NCBI GenBank assembly: GCA_050293845.1
Contig: JBNKNM010000111.1
Span: 1 to 17,361, forward strand
Origin: Pseudobacteriovorax sp.
Lineage (GTDB): Bacteria; Bdellovibrionota_B; Oligoflexia; Oligoflexales; Oligoflexaceae
Direction: 5' to 3'
Length of the DNA: 17,361 bases
Positions 16,439 to 17,361 of the stretch are shown piece after piece. Numbering within the stretch: position 1 is the stretch's first letter; every line of letters begins with the position of its first letter. The notes under the pieces were generated by a model. It was given only the letters and a program-made list of their open reading frames with translations. It did no database searches and was not told where the DNA came from. The translations under genes were made by a program, and so were the position numbers.

Positions 16439-16940
16439 ATCAAGTCGAGTAAAATGCACTGAAAATGAAGGTGGGAACAGCATCATCGAGTTCCTTTTTG
16501 TAGCAGACCAAGATTTTGCAAAAAGGGACTACCATCTGGCTTTTCAGCACCTAGTACAATATGATTTTCCTTCACCCATGGGATTTAACTGTCGTTTAGA
16601 CTTATTTTGATGTCTATATGACATATCTGGCTACTTTCTCTCGTCCAGTAACCATACCCAGAAATGGAAAATATTTGCCCTTGAGCCAAGGGTTCTGTAT
16701 ATAATGTAGTGCCTTTATGCCATGTTTACCCAAAAAAACACCTGAAAATAAGCCGCCAAACAAGAGATGAAATATTTGATCGGGACGTGAGGTTAGACGT
16801 CCCAAAAATCTATGGTATAAACGAGACGGTTAAGTTTATTGCTGATAGCTTAGAGAAATGAGCGAAGGTTTCATTTTTGCACCAAGGAATATTCGAGTAT
16901 CATCTGGATATAGATGAGTTCTCATTTGAAAAGGACTTTT

Positions 16941-17361
16941 ATGAATCCTATAAACAAAAAAAATAGATTTAGTTTAGGCTACTTCATTTTCGCAATGTTA
17001 GTTGTGCTTGTGGTTCAAAACTTCATTATACAGAAGACTCAAGTGATTCGTATGAGCTATGATGATTTTCAAAAGCACTTGAAAGAAGGGTTGGTTCAGG
17101 AGCTTGAAATCGGTGATAACTACATTAAAGGAACCCTGCGCGAGTCCATCGACAATAAGAACCAATTCATCACAAACCGCGTTGACCCCAACTTAGCCCA
17201 GGAATTAAGCCAGTACAATGTAAAATTTTCTCGAATTGTAGAGGATCATTTATTAGGAAAAATATGGTCCTGGGTAGTCCCAACTTTATTTTTTATCATC
17301 ATCTGGATTTTCATTATGCGCTACCTATCAGCCAAAGGAGGTTTGGGTGGAGGCTTTATGG
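16941..17361 (+). CDS. ftsH: ATP-dependent zinc metalloprotease FtsH, N-terminal part (runs off window)
   Basis: Manual translation: MNPINKKNRFSLGYFIFAMLVVLVVQNF...MSYDDFQKHLKEGLVQELEI...FITNRVDPNLAQEL..YNVKF...WSWVVPTLFFIIIWIFIMR...GGLGGGFM. This gives TM1, the FtsH periplasmic domain, TM2 and the Gly-rich linker. SD AAGGA. Confidence 0.88.
   Translation, partial: MNPINKKNRFSLGYFIFAMLVVLVVQNFIIQKTQVIRMSYDDFQKHLKEGLVQELEIGDNYIKGTLRESIDNKNQFITNRVDPNLAQELSQYNVKFSRIVEDHLLGKIWSWVVPTLFFIIIWIFIMRYLSAKGGLGGGFM

Noticed and set aside
16614..16805. 63-aa minus-strand ORF upstream of ftsH
   Set aside because: No recognisable motif or clear SD; cannot be supported from sequence alone.
1..17361. CRISPR array, cas genes, tRNA or rRNA
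   Set aside because: No regularly spaced repeats, cas-like ORFs or cloverleaf/rRNA signatures seen, so the caspase/sigma module is not CRISPR-linked within this window.

Overview
Bacterial, AT-rich window with nearly all genes on the + strand; the gene content is reminiscent of Oligoflexia/Bdellovibrionota or myxobacterial relatives (inference only). In order: a decayed IS630-like transposase N-terminus; an orphan family-3-type substrate-binding protein; a YfbK-type vWA lipoprotein; and a visibly GC-richer four-gene operon (secreted Pro-linker/beta-barrel protein, ECF sigma factor, membrane anti-sigma-like protein, exported caspase-family C14 protease ending in a paralogous beta-barrel). Next comes a nested mobile-element ruin: a 5'-deleted, frameshifted group II intron with intact domains V/VI abutting an IS982-like transposase fragment. 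Then a cytochrome-c-like lipoprotein with an atypical CX5CH motif, an AsmA/YdbH-like lipid-bridge gene with a YnbE-like lipoprotein and a large TolB-propeller/TPR protein, and the 5' end of ftsH. The most interesting candidate system is the ECF sigma / anti-sigma / outer-membrane-anchored caspase module, with a duplicated barrel, shared KG motifs and a G10 tract.
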